Shown here piece by piece: positions 11,433-25,493 of a stretch of 64,000 nt of DNA. Source of the DNA: Octopus bimaculoides (taxonomy: Eukaryota); the NCBI RefSeq assembly GCF_001194135.2, contig NC_068981.1, positions 157,022,979 through 157,086,978 on the forward strand. The letters run 5' to 3'. Made by a program: the position numbers and the translations under genes. Positions within the stretch are counted from its first letter, which is position 1. Every line of letters starts with the position of its first letter. The notes under the pieces are model-generated. The model ran no database searches. It saw nothing but the letters and a program-made list of their open reading frames with translations, and was not told the origin of the DNA.

Positions 11433-13853
11433 AGCATTGAGTACATCACACCTTAACATATTTATCCAAACTTATGCCATTGGCCCATTTGCGTTATCTC
11501 CCTTAGCTCACTTCATTTATTTAATTTCAGAAGAGAAAGGTTTATGACCGGCAGAGTAAACTTGTTTGAATGTTTGCATCAGAGTGAAGTCTGCTAAAGA
11601 CACCTAAGAGCCAGATGGTAATACTAAACCAAGTAACAAATTTACCTTACCACCCAAGAGATACAGTTCATCTAATGAACTCCCTACGCAGTTACTATCT
11701 ACCCAGTTTCACTCACAAAGCATAGGCCATACTGAAGCTGATAGCAGACACTTACTTGTCCAAAGTTCACAGAATAGGATCAAACCCAGAACTATGGGAT
11801 TGCAAAGGAAGCTTTTTCACTACATGGCCATGTAGGGATCCTTCCTATACTGCAGTCATAATAATCAAGCTTATTATTTAAGAACACTTAATGCATACTG
11901 CTTCAGCAAATTAAATCCATGGGATATATCAAACTCTACTTGACCACCACAGAACATCCATGCATCAGTCAACCAAACAAACAAACAACATAAAACACTC
12001 ACAATCAACAGAGTAAAGGTTATATTATGTTTCAATCTTAATAATTGTTGTTGGAGCAGAAATTTCATAGCTGGTGTCAAATCAAATTAAAAACTCAAGC
12101 AAAAATGTTTAAAAGTGTATTTGAAAAATGCAAAAATAATAATTTCAATTTCCCAACTGAAACTTTTCAAGTATCATTATTTCTTCTTGTTTTTGTTTGT
12201 TTGTTTTTTTTTAATGTACGGATGGAATAGTTTTTGTTGTCGAAATTATTTAATGTCTGCTAGAATGGTGGGAAAAGTTCTTCAGATGTTGGGCCTCACA
12301 GAGGAGATGATAAAGGATCAAGACCTCCAGCAGTGTGCTGTGCTTGAGAAGACACATCAAGCTAAGTAAAACTGTGACTGTCCATACATACGGGTATATC
12401 CTTTACTTCCCCTCTCAGTCAAGAGGCTGTTGCCTTGAGGACTCACAGGTCCTGGTGTCACATAAAATGCACTTGTGTAAAAGCACCCAGGCCAGCATCA
12501 CATAAAAGTGCCAGTGCCACATAAAAAGTACTCAGCGCACTATGTGAAGCCATTGGCATTAGGAAAGGCATCCAGCCATAGAAACCATGCCAAAACAGAC
12601 AACTGGATTCTGGACAGCTGGCCATCTCCTGTCAAACCATCCAACCCATGCCAACATGGAAAGCAGATGGAAAAGGAAAATGATGAGAGTAGTATGGAAT
12701 GAGTGAATTGGGCATGGTTGTTGGATACTGACAATTTGGCACGGTTGACTTGACACTGAACTTGTTTTAGTGACAGTATATTTTGGCACTCCAGGCACAC
12801 AGACAACACACACACTTATACACATGCATGCGCAGAGATAACACATACAGACATAACTAGATGTTCACATGCATAAAGTGAAAAGGAGAGAACAAGAGAA
12901 ACATCAACACATCTGATATAAATCAGCATGGAATCATCAATACCAAATAGGGAATGCCAAAACAGCTGTGCCAAAACATCTCATACTAAGTTGTACTTGT
13001 GTTAAGGCATATTGTAACAAGAAGAGTTATATACCTTAGTCACAAGCACAACAAAGTTAGGTTCCTTGCAATGTTAAGGTTTGAATTTGTGACTCTTGTA
13101 GTTCTGGGTTCAATCCTACTAAATAGCACATTAGGAAAGTGTCTTCTATGGTAACCTTGGTGTGAGAAACTATGCAGAAGACTATCATGTATGCAAATAT
13201 GTACATGTGTGTACCCATGTCGAGGTTATGTCAAAATGAAATATAACCCTAGCAATTCAACAAATAGATGTTGATAATATAAGTACTTGACTGAACTAAA
13301 TTTGGTTTCAATGCTATTAGACTAAAAGCCTTAGAGGTTTAAATTAAATGACTGAGACCATTAAAAAATAAAATCTAAGAATAAAATAATATATAATGGG
13401 TTGTCAGTTGATGCACAATTTAAATTTTTTGTAAATATAATCATTATTATATTTACAAGAGAAAAATTCAAACAATGATTGTTCTAAAGACTAATGCAAG
13501 ACACCCACACAGATTATCAGTGAATTAGAAGCAGAATAATGAAAACATAATAATAAAATACAAGTAAAGCAGAGTAAAATAAAAATGAAAAGTTTCAAAA
13601 TACAGGTCTGGTGCAGATATTAATTAATGAAGTAATGCTCTAAACATTAATATTGATTAAATTGATCACAATTCTTCTCAGTCATCAATGAATGCAACTA
13701 CAGTCCATTGTATGATACAATAAAAATCTGTACCAGTATCCACTAACCATCAGCAGTTTTTCAAATAACTTTGACAAAACAGACTGATAAAGCTTTTCTC
13801 TCTCTTCCTCACTTTCTCTCACTCTGCCTTTTTCCACATTGTTGATACATATG

Positions 13854-14187
13854 TGAAGGCACATGGCTCAGTGGTTAGAGCATTGAGTTCATAATCATGA
13901 GGTAGTGAGTTCAATTCCCTGACCAGGCTGTGTGTTGTGTTCTTGAGCAAGACACTTTATTTCACATTGCTCCAGTTAATTCAGCTGTAAAAATGAGTTG
14001 TGATGTCACTGATGCCAAGCTGTATTGGCCTTTGCCTTTCCCTTGGTTAATATCGGGAGGCAGATATGCATGGGTGACTGCTGGTCTTTCATAAACAACC
14101 TTGCTTGGACTTGTGCCTCGAAGGGGAACTTTCTAAGTGCAATCCCATGGTCATTCATGACTGAAGGGAGTCTATACCCTTTACCCT
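13854..14187 (+). mobile_element. tRNA-derived SINE (family C), near full length; a second truncated head at about 14225-14340
   Basis: Pol III A box TGGCTCAGTGG and B box GAGTTCAATTCC followed by a non-tRNA body; no cloverleaf 3' half. Confidence 0.8.
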
Positions 14188-14812
14188 GATACATACAAAA
14201 TACACTACATGCATTCCTTGCATTGCCTAATGGTTAGGATCTTGTCCTCACAACCATAAGGTCATGGGTTCAATTCCTGGACCAAGTGATGTATTGTGTC
14301 CTTGAGCAAGACTCTTCATTCTTCGATGCTCCAGTCTAATCTATTGAAACTAAGCACCAATCAAATGTTGATGCAGCTGTCTTTCTCTGCAGCTGCTCAC
14401 ATCTTCAATATTTTGCTGGGTCAAGGATAGTAGAGCCAAGAGTATGTGTATGTCTACCTGCAACTATATAAACACCTAAAACAACCAGTGAGAACATAGT
14501 ATTTGCTACCTAGTCATAACCCAATTGGTGAGTGATGGCTGTATTTCTTTACAAACATCCTCAGATATATCTTTGGAAGTGTAAATATATAAACTTCACA
14601 CGCTTCTTTCTATTGCTTTTTAGTTATTTCCCAGAGACGAATATGAACATAACCAATCGATACAACTCAGAACTAACAATACAGTATAGTATGAATGTTA
14701 TTGCTGTTCTGCCAGGTGACGTAAATTAATACTGTATTTAATATTTAAGAAAGACCGATTTATCTTCGGAAATGACGTAAGTCAAAATTACCTAACCATT
14801 GGTATATGTGTA

Positions 14813-14869
<57 letters not shown>

Positions 14870-15198
14870 CAACAGACTTCTTTCAGTTACTGTCTACATC
14901 TAGTCACAAGGTTTGTCAGCCTAGGGCTATAGCAGAAGACACTTGCCTAAGATGCTCATGAAGGGACTGAACCCAGAACCATGTGGTTGGGAAACAAACT
15001 TCTTACCACACTGCCTCACTTGTGCCTATTAAACATATGACATTTTCTTTTGTCCAGCTGTTTACAAAATGCCTAGAATTAACCAGAAAACTTTTAGACA
15101 ATCAAATCACAGCTATATTCATAAAAATTCGTAAAGATTTTATTTACAGTTAGAGCACTTTATAAAATGAAAATTAAATTTAAAAAAAATCATCTTAC

Positions 15199-15238
15199 CT
15201 CTACTAGCCATAATCCTTCTTTTCGCTGTTCCAGAAAA
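15199..15238 (-). CDS. TMX3: TMX3 coding exon 3 (FLEQRKEGLWLVE)
   Basis: Acceptor TTTTATTTTAG, 40 nt, donor GTAAGA, phase 2 to 0. Same length and position as the human TMX3 exon encoding FKENRNDDIWLVD (recalled). Confidence 0.9.
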
Positions 15239-18200
15239 CTAAAATAAAATTTTAAACATTTCAAAAGTAATTTTTTTATACAAGTGATGATGTAGTATAA
15301 CTAATTATCTTCCATGACAATTTAATAATTGAATAATGGTATTAGAATAACAGGATTAGCCTATTTTATATTTATTGATAGATTTAATACGCACTAATCT
15401 TTTCATGAACTACAATGACTCATCATGCTCACACTTACCGCTCATCTTCATAGCATGAAAACAATGGATCAAAAGAATCTCTTCGGGACAACATGCTACT
15501 CTAGACAGATATCTATTTTCTATAGTTAAGCCAAGACATTATCATTTATGCCAGGCACAAGCAAAATGTGGTTTTGAGTTCAGACCCACTGTGTGGCATT
15601 TTGGACAAGTGTTTTATACTATAGCTCTAGGCTGACCAAAGCCTAGTAAGTGCATTTAGTGGTTAGAACCTGAAGCAAGCCCATCATATTATGTGAGAGA
15701 GAGAGAGAGTGTGTGTGTGTGTGTGCGTGCGCGCATGTGTGTGTGTGTGCACGCATGTGTGTGTGTGTGTGTGTGTGTGTGTGGCAAGATAAGATTTTTG
15801 GAGCTTCTTTGTCTTGACATCATGTTATAGTTGTAAACAAGTGTCATCACGATACAAACTGTGTCCTTTGCTTCCAATCTCCTGTGAAAATGTGTCCAGC
15901 CATGGAGTTGGTGACAGGAAAGGCATCCAACCCATGCAAGCACAGAAAAGTGGACACTAAAACAATGATGATGATGATTGCTGTTACTAGTCTTTTACTG
16001 TATTTGATAATGTTATTGTTTACTCCATTTCTGCCCTGACACAGTAAATATTTCAGCATTCTGACTACAACTATACCATTCTTTTTGGGTTTTTTTTCAA
16101 AAATAGTGTATTGAGGATTGCATTATCTAACATGGCTTTTTAACTACTATTCTCAGCAAGGTGAATTAAACACATAAAGTCTCATGGAGGATAGAGAAGT
16201 TTGAAACTGTACCCCTCTATCTTTCATGGAGTAATGTCAACTGATTTGTAGTCTCAGGTCTGTTTGACATATAAGTTTTTATTCCAATCTTTAGGACTTT
16301 TCCTTTATTTTGGTGGGGAATGTTAAAATAAGACTTTTGCAGAACTTAATATGTATCTGATGGTAAAACGACACTGAATGAAAGCATCCTTTTCAAGAGT
16401 TGATATGGTATTCAATCCAACAAACATTAATTTTACTAAAATTACTATATGTAAATAGCAGACTAGACAAATTTATAAAAACAGCAAAGCTTTGAGTGAG
16501 ATGTAAGAGAAACTGTTATTCTTTATGAATGTTTTAAACTTCCACTTGAAGAGGATCTTAACTAGAAGCAATAATTCAGCTGGCTGAAATTCAACATCAC
16601 ACTTTGTTCTTATGTTATGAATCTTCTTAAGGTCTTTGTCAGTTGTTTGAAGATTACCAACTGAAAAAGAAAACTGCCAGCTGAGAAAGAAAGAATGCAT
16701 GACTGTTCAGTATAAATCTTGCATCTTACAGATAAATAATGCTAGGATTGGCATCCTCCTGTGCTCAGACAATTCAGATGTCAATGCATCAGATGATTAA
16801 TAGGTTATAGTTTAGTAGTGTTCAGAATTAAATTATACTTTTAAATGGGTATGTGAAAACAAATCATATATTTATTATACACATATACACTTTGTGTATG
16901 TATTAATAAAAAATAAAGAAAATAAAGAGATTAAAAGGAAAGAAAGAAAGAAAGAAGAAAAATTTTATTCAGAATATGAATTAATAGCCTATATAGCAAG
17001 CATCCATAACATTGACTCACAAGCCAAACCTAGTCTACTTACTCTAATTAAGGATAACAATTATTGAAATGTTAGCTGAAGCCAATGTGATTAGATAATT
17101 CATCTATAATTTCAAGCTATAAGGAGAGTGAAGAAAGCATACAATTTACTAAAGATTTAACGAAAGTATCTGCCAAGTGCTTTTAACATAAAGATATTTA
17201 AGAGATAATGAATGCATTAAAATAATAAAAAGAAAATAAAGAGTGCCTGGCAGATTTACAGCATCAAAACAATAAGCACAACTATGTAGATAGGTCTAAT
17301 ATAAAGCAAAAATCACTTTAAGTTTTTAGAAGATTCTTCTCAGAAAGCTGTATCAAAGAATGTACCATAATTTAAAGAGTATTGTAATTTGCTTGAAGAA
17401 TTGCAAAATATGTAGAAAATCAAACTGTTATAGAAGGCAATAACCACAGACAGAACATAAAACATTAAAAAAAATAATAAAGGTATTGAACAGTTACCTT
17501 AGAAATATTTCAATACCTCTCTTTGTATTATTAACTTTTATATTTAATGTTCTATCTACACTGCTATCATTTCTGTTTTGTAACATGTCCCACCCATGCC
17601 AGCAAGGAAGGTGGATGTTAAACAATGATGATGATGATGATGATGATGATAATGGTGATATTTCATTTTGAAACTTAATTAAAATAGGCCAATACAATAA
17701 AATTTTCCTTAAACTGAGCTAGACTTAATCAGAAATATCTATACCAAAACTAAAGATTAAATCACAAATGCCACCTGCTTGTATAACTCCACTGATATTC
17801 ACCTCTAAAAATAAGAATACAAAGGAAATACATAGAAATGAAGTAATTCCGTTAATAAATAATTATATCTTTTTAATTTTCTTTTTCTATTTCTTACTGT
17901 TTTAATTATTTTTCGTACACAACTAACCTTTCTCATATTTTCCAATCTTGATTTCAAAAATGTAAAAGAAAAAGTAATAAAAGAAGCATAATCAATAACG
18001 AGAGCACAGAAAATACAAAGGAAAGTATATATCAATGCCGTTAATGTCTTGGAAAATAGCCAAACGGCAGAAATAATGGTTGCATTGATATTCAGTAATT
18101 GTTGGTCTTCATGAAAAATGTTTAAAAAACTGTATATCATTATAGATGGCTAATAACCTTAATCTTAAAGATTGCACTCAATAAAGACAAAATATTTATT

Positions 18201-18878
18201 AAAATCTATATTTTCTTTGTGCTTTCATTTTCAAAGAAATTCAAATTAAACTCAGCCCTACATAATCAGGTCTTTCTAAGGTAGTTCAAAAAAGGCTATG
18301 AAGACCACTATCATACTTACACGTACCAATAAAAAGAAGTGTTAAAGAAAGTTTAAGAAAAAAATTACAAATTGTCAACTAATAAGAAAGAAAAAAGACA
18401 GCGCATTTCTGTTCAATAAAAACAGTTAATATTATGAGATTAATAAAGGCAGTGAGCTAGCAGAATTGTAAGAATGTCAGACTAAATGCTTAGCAATATT
18501 TCATCAGTCTGTACATTCTAAGTTCAAATTCCACCAAGGTCCACTTTGTCTTTTATCAGAGTCAATAAAATAAGCACCAGCTGAACACTGGGGTTGATGT
18601 AATCAACCTACACCCCAACCCACCCCTGAAATTGCTGGTCTTGTGTCAAAATTTGAAATCAATATTATGGGATTAATAATTCATGAAGAGAATTTAGATA
18701 TAACAATACAAGAAACATTTGCTTCACAAACAAATAACAACACATAACTGAAAATTCAATATAGAATATATGAAAATAGTCTCCTTAACAGTTAAGGAGC
18801 ACTCCAACTCATCACCAAGTTATAATTATTCATGTCTCCATAACTACCTGACAGCTCGCTCACATAACTTGAGCATAT

Positions 18879-18919
<41 letters not shown>

Positions 18920-19987
18920 CTGTGTGTGAATGTGTGTGTGTGACTGTGTGTGTTTCTACAAATGGATGGATAGATCAAAATAACAAACTGAGTTTATTAA
19001 TAACAAGTTTCGTATCTCACCTAGAACATTATGTAATGCTCATATCTTCACATCTCCCCCACAGAATATTTCTCCTAGAGACACTTTCACCACAAGTATT
19101 ACACCATTATTCAACATCAACATAGGTTCTCTATAAACTAGAAGCACCATCACCTTCATTTGTTTCAAGTGGTTCATATTTAGGTTTGATTTAGTCCACA
19201 TGAGTCAAAAATACCATCAGATTCCTTATAAGAACAGCAGTGTTGTTTCCATTTGGCAACAGAAAGCTTGCAATTTCTGATATCAAACTATTAGTTTTTA
19301 TAAAACAGCTACTCATCAAAAGAACTTGTGCACCCTTGATCAGGATGTGATCAGGAGTGTACAAGTTTGATGCCTCATCAATGCTGAAGGACTCTGCAGC
19401 TTATTAGCATGAGGAATACTACAATAACTGAGCATTAATTGGAAAAAATTACTCTAATTTTTCTCTCTGGGAGGATATCACAAACTTTATTTAACTGTTT
19501 GAACTATTTGTTCTGCAATTTCATTGTTTGTGGGTGATTGGGGGGGGGGGGAGTTTGAGGTCAGAGATTATCATCATGAAATTTTGGGGAACTATGACAC
19601 CAAAACCTTCAGCAGACTTTTGAAAGCGGTCTCCTTATCAAAACCATGAATAATCACTAGTAGCAGCAATCCACTACCACTAACAAGGGCACAATCTCTG
19701 AGTACAGGATTCCAGGGATCTAATTCCTTTGTTCTTTTAAAAATGATTTATCACTTCACATTTAGAACATCTAAGTATGTAGTCCTCAACATCACAAGAA
19801 AAACCAGGTCACCATCATTACAACCAAGAAAATCATTAAAAACTTCAAGCTTTAATTATCTGTCACCTAGATACTTAAGGCAGAACAAGTAAGATCAAAA
19901 GTGCAAACGATGCCATTTCCAGAGTACAAGGTCTTTCAGCAGTGAGACTGAACCTGAAAGGAGACTTAACTTCTTATACAACCACAC

Positions 19988-20029
<42 letters not shown>

Positions 20030-20104
20030 GAAAGCATAAATTTCACACACAGTTCATACTTTAAAACAGCTGCTGAATATGCTGCTCTTAAAGACTGTTT
20101 TAGC

Positions 20105-20480
20105 CATCATCGTTTAACGTCCGCTTTCCATGCTAGCATGGGTTGGACAATTTGACTGAGGATTGGTGATCCAGATGGCTACACCAGGCTCCAATCTGAT
20201 TTGGCAGAGTTTCTACAGTTGGATGCCCTTCCTAACGCCAATCACTCCAAGAGTGTAGTGGGTGCTTTTACATGCCACCGGCACGAAGGCCAATCAGACG
20301 GTACTGGCAACAGCCACGCTCAAAATGGTGTATTTTACATGCCACCTGCACAAGAGCCAGTCCAGCGACACTGGCAACGACCTCACTTGAATGACTTTTC
20401 ACATGCCACCGGCACAAGTGTCAGGAACGCGAAGCTGCGGCACAAGTGCTGGTAACGATCACACTCGAAAGGTGGTGCCA
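20105..20480 (-). mobile_element. SINE family A copy
   Basis: High similarity by eye to 4474-4822 and 48602-48980. Confidence 0.85.
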
Positions 20481-20799
20481 CGCAAATCAGCCCCACTTGG
20501 ATTTATTGCAAGTTGAAGTTTAACGACCTGGTAAGAGATAGCAGTAAAGATGGGCAATGATGAGAGTGGTAAACGTCATTGGAGAATGATGGTTAACAGC
20601 AAAGAAGGATGGCAGGTACTGTGAAGGATGGGAGGTAGAGTAATAAAGGAAAAAAATAGAGGTGATAGAACAGAGACAGGTCAAATGCCACTTTTCACTA
20701 AGCAGGCAGTATGGTAGTAAATAGGAAAAAAGGTAAGTAAGAGATAAGAGGGTAACAGAAGGAGCATTCAACTGGAATATAATGGGCAAAAGAGTGATG

Positions 20800-21110
20800 T
20801 GGATGTATTGTTCATCCACTAACATTTTAAGGACCACTTTACAATGCTTGTACTGGTGGATTGGTGTTTTCCAGCACCAACTGTTACCACTTATCATAGT
20901 TAATAGCCATTTCCTTCATGAGGTTCAACCGGGGGTAGCAGAGACTACTATTAAGTATCTAGAAATAAAAGAAGACAATCAGGAATATTTAACAAAGAGA
21001 AAAGCAAAAAGTAAGAGGTTTTCACATGTTTTGCAGCATGAAGATCAGAGGAATGAGTGTACCAGACCAATGACATTGGCAAGAAGTGTGAACAATATGA
21101 TATTAGTACA
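20800..21110 (+). mobile_element. Short fragment of the same RTE-like LINE
   Basis: KRFSHVLQHEDQRNE resembles KRFANVLQCEDQRCD in the 62.4-62.9 kb copy. Confidence 0.55.
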
Positions 21111-21151
21111 CTTACTCTTACTGACGCCAAAAAGAAAGAGGCATAAAAGTA

Positions 21152-21705
21152 TTGGGTCATCCTATAAATGATGTGGTTTTTTCAAAAGCATGAACTAAAA
21201 GATGTTATCTGTTTGGTCGGATATGAAAGGTTTAGGCCACTTTGAACTTTTAAACCCAAACCAAACGATAACAAAGAAGATCTACTGCAAGCAGCTTGAG
21301 CGGCTTAAGTCAGCACTAGAAGAAAAACAACTATCTTTAGTTTCAAAACAGGTGTTCTTCCATCAGAATAATGCTCAGCCACATAGAACAAGGATGACAT
21401 TCCAAAGGGCTAGAGCAGTTTGAATGGGAAACAATGCCCCACCCACCATATTCACTGAACATTGCCCCATCTTATTATCATTTATTCCGCAGTCTTCAAA
21501 ATCATTTGGACAGAAAAAATATGAATTCTGTAGATGAAGTCAGAACTGTAGTGGATGAGTATTTTTTTGTCATGGACAAGTGAATTTTGGAAGAGGGTCC
21601 TTGCAAGTCTACCAGATAGATGCAAGAGCATTGTAGAAAATGTGTTTCTCTTAATTCTGAAAAATAAAAGAACTATGAAAAATCCACCTTTATGAGATGA
21701 CTGAT
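21152..21705 (+). mobile_element. Mariner deletion derivative carrying the catalytic (DDD) half
   Basis: Same left TIR after TA; ORF MLSVWSDMKG..FELL..NQTI...YC.QLERL...VFFHQNNAQPH matches the mariner WWD..G / HDNARPH region; degenerate right TIR near 21690-21705. Confidence 0.85.
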
Positions 21706-23593
21706 ACTATCACAAGAGGTTAGGAAATGAGGAGAATGAATGGAAGGGAGACCAGTCACAAAAGCTAATAATAGCATAGTCACAAGCAGAATTAAAAATA
21801 TGAAGGCAGAGAAGGCAGCTGAACAATCAAGTGTTAGAGAAGTGCGTAGTTAATCACATAATACAAAAAGATGACTAAAGTAGGAAGGAAGACAGGATTC
21901 TGCTATCATCAGGGAAAGAGACATGCTTGGCTTACAGTTTCTTCAGTGTAAACTATGGACACACAAATGGTATCACAAGCAAGCTGATAGAGAGAAATTA
22001 GATGGACAGGAGTAGTTAGCAGTAAAAGTACCCATGAAATAAATTTCTTTATATGCTTAAAGACTTACCAGAAGTCTTTTGCTAACTAAGTGACCAAAGT
22101 AGTAAACGTGAGAGTCCCAAAAGCAAAGTAGCCAGAGTAAGAATGTCATCAAAGTTCACGTGCGAGTAACAAAGACCTTTTCTCCCAGATTGTGTGCAGC
22201 ATAGATTATATCTTTTGAGTTTGATCCAGAATTAAGACAGTGCTTCTTTACAGTGTTATATACATAGACTGTCGTACAAGAATTTTAAATGAAATATAAT
22301 TGCTCTATATGGTCACTCAAACTGCTACAAAGTAGCAGTCAAATATCACTCAAATTGCACCTTATCTTCTTGAAAGGAGATATACAATACAAGTTTTTTT
22401 TTATTTCTACAGATATTCTTTAGAACTTATAGCCAGCACTGATTTTTGTTACTATGATTTGTATTGAGACGTCAGATGTAAAGGAACAATGTGATGAGAG
22501 ACAAAAGTGGGTAATGAGTGTATATGTCCTATTTCAAGGGTTGTTGCCCCTTCTTCAGCACTCATCTAACCCACTATTACCTCCGACCACATTGTTTATA
22601 TAGCCACCGCATGCAGTGGTGTTAAGTTATCAGATATACCAATTTACATATTAGACGCATTCCTAGGGCTGGTATGTAAACATTTAAGATTTGTAGGGAT
22701 GTGGTACTTCGTTATGCAAACACTATATACTATAATATACTGCTAACTGGACCCGTGAAAAATTCATGGTAAACAAAAAAATGTAAGCATCTGTAAACAG
22801 TGTACTGATGCCATGAGAAAAGTTTGTATATTATGACCATCTGTCTTTATGTTCTCAGTTCAAATTCTGCTGAGGTCAACTTTGTCTTTCGTCCTTTCGG
22901 GGTTGATAAATTAAGTAGCAGTTGTGTACTGTGGTTGATCTAATCAACTGGCCCCTCCCCACAAAAAATTCAGGCCGAGGAAAGTATATTGTGACAGTTA
23001 CAGAATATAGAAAGTAATGTAACACCAATGGCTATATAATCCAACCAAAATATCTCAGTTACACAAATGTAAACAGAATTACTATTTAAACTTAAAATAC
23101 ATCATACATATTCAACGAACCTTAATGTACAAATTGAAATGCAAAAGAATGAAATAATAAATGGATTTATGAATGCAAGTTTGGTAACTGTGTTTATTTC
23201 CACAACACTACATTTACTATTACAAACGTGTTTTAACTAACCTAAACTACACAACACACACACACAAATACATTCATATATATATATATATGTCTCGAGT
23301 TGTAGCTGTAATTGAAAGGGGCCGGCCTTGTCATAATCTGTGTGAGGCTGAATCTCCCTGAGAACTACGTTAATGTTATGCATGTCTGTGGAGTACTCAG
23401 CCATTTGTTTCATTTTATCCTCATGTGGTAATGAAAAGTTAAATTGACATCCAATATTTGCTGTATATATCTATGTATGAACTTTTCTTTGGATTTATGT
23501 ATTTACTGTCTCTCTCACTTCCTCTTCTCCCCCCACTTTTGATTTAACAATGTGTATATGTATCTATATGTCTACTTCTCTTGTGATGTAATA

Positions 23594-23960
23594 AACATTT
23601 AAAAACACAAAACAAACACCGTCACTACTCACTGTCTCTTTCACTCTTATTTTCTCTCTCTCTCTTTCTTTCTCTCTTACATCCTCTCTAAAACATTTAA
23701 AAACACAAAATAAACGCCATCACCACTCACTGTCTCTTTCTCTCTTACTTCTTTCCTGAAACATTTAAAAACACAAAATGAACACCATTACCACTCACTG
23801 TCTCTATTGCTCTCTTTCTCTCTCACTTTTCTTTCTCACTCACTCTCTTTCTTTCTCTCTTACGTCCTCTCTGAATCATTTAAAAACACAGAATGAATGC
23901 CTTCACCACTCACTGTCTCTTTCACTCTCTCTCACTTCTTCTCTCTCACTTTGCCACTTC
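23594..23960. repeat. Four-unit minisatellite (AAACATTTAAAAACACA...CACTCACTGTCTCT + CT-rich spacer)
   Basis: Units begin near 23594, 23691, 23760 and 23873 with variable (CT)-rich tails. Confidence 0.85.
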
Positions 23961-24059
23961 TTTGAAGTAAGTGTGACGCACACAACAGGTACGTACAAAA
24001 ACAAAAAGTGTATTAATATTATTGATAGCATAGTATATTATAGTATAGGACTAAGCAAC

Positions 24060-24413
24060 AAGTACTGAAGAACAACCTCCGGAAGCTGAACCTTTCAGGT
24101 GAGATGACAAAAGATCAAGATACCTGGCACCTGGCCATACTCAAGAAGACCTGTACTCCACAGCAAAGTGCTAAGACCAATCCTTCTGGTGGTGTAAAGC
24201 ACTTGTGGTGGTGCCACATAAAAGCACTCATGCAAAAGTGCCTGTGCAGTGCCCTGTAAAAGCACCCAGGACACTGTGTAAAGTGGTTGGTGTTAGGAAG
24301 GGCATGCAGCCGTAGAAATCATGCCAAATCAGACTGGAGTCTGGTGCAGCCATCTAGCTTGCCAGTTCTGGTCACACCACCCAATCCATGCTAGCATGGA
24401 CAACAGATGTTAA

Positions 24414-24450
<37 letters not shown>
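24060..24450 (+). mobile_element. LINE 3' end with a SINE-like tail ending in (GAT)n
   Basis: LKNNLRKLNLSGEMTKDQDTWHLAILKKT precedes the conserved GGCAT(C/G)CAGC..TAGAAA...CCATGCTAGCATGGA..GATGTTAAATGATGATG tail; a similar copy is at about 12270-12700. Confidence 0.65.
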
Positions 24451-24454
<4 letters not shown>

Positions 24455-25447
24455 CTGTGCCAACAAAAACCATCTTGCTCATACAATCATGAAAACTAAA
24501 CAAGAAACAGCAAAAGAAAAATTAATTTGGGACAAAATAATGACAGAAACAAAGTTTAATCCATAAGTCAGAGTTATGTAACTTCCATGACACCAGTTTA
24601 TCTCAAACGTCACAGGAATTTAACACCTTGTCATGCAGTGAGATGACTCAAGCTTCAAGGCAAGAAAACATTAAAACTGAAAATATGGTGCAATAAAACA
24701 CTGAGCTACCATTGACATTTTTATGTAGAACTCAAAGGATAGACTGGAATTGTTTCTCATTGTATTCTTCAGCTTCGTGGCAAGATTTAAGCTTAACACT
24801 ACAAACTAATGAAACATTTGTCAATCACATAGCATCTACTTACAGTAACATCAGTCAAACACATAGCATCTACTTACAATCAATCACATAGCATCTACTA
24901 CAGTAACATCTGCTTACAGTAATGAAATTCATGTCTCAGGTTACATGAATTGAGCAAGAGAGTTAAGTATTTTTCACTAAAAATAGAGGGTAATGTTAAT
25001 GATTGCATGTGAACTGTCAACCTTTGAGTTAGTTGGCCAGTCTCCTAACAAGTTTGCCTTCTGTAATTCTCTAACAGTAGAGAGAGGGGACTTAACACTG
25101 GATAAAGAAAATGAAAAAATAATAAAGCTATGACTGAAAGGCATAAAAACACATGTCAAAGCTACAAAGAGAATAATAGTAAGTATTGAATATCATACAA
25201 CATTGATTACAAACTGATGCCAAAATTAGTGTCGGTTTGATGATGGAGATAATGGTGGGAGTAATGATGAGTATGATGATTATGATGACAATAATGTTGA
25301 TGAAGCTATTATTATCAGGACATGAATACAGGCATCAACTATTTTATAAGAGGGAAAGGGCAAATAAAACATGCTGATTGGAGGAAGTGTTTGGCAAAAT
25401 TATATATTTGCATGTGTGAGATATAGGGAGTAAGATTCATATAACTT

Positions 25448-25493
<46 letters not shown>

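Noticed and set aside
13854-13930. tRNA-like A and B boxes
   Set aside because: No complete cloverleaf, and it continues into a repeat body, so it is a SINE head rather than a tRNA gene.
16473-16670. Good minus-strand acceptor followed by a 60+ codon frame (GNLQTTDKDLKKIHNIRTK...)
   Set aside because: In the TMX3 phase it stops after two codons, and there is no clear donor or homology. At most a cryptic exon.
22156-22268. Possible alternative terminal exon (YVYNTVKKHCLNSGSNSKDIIYAAHNLGEKVFVTRT*)
   Set aside because: Its phase fits only TMX3 exon 1 and would give a 48-aa peptide with no recognisable motif; unsupported without RNA data.
23594-24920. Repeat-spacer-like arrays (23.6-23.96 kb and 24.83-24.92 kb)
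   Set aside because: Eukaryotic context, degenerate units and low-complexity spacers: minisatellites, not CRISPR.
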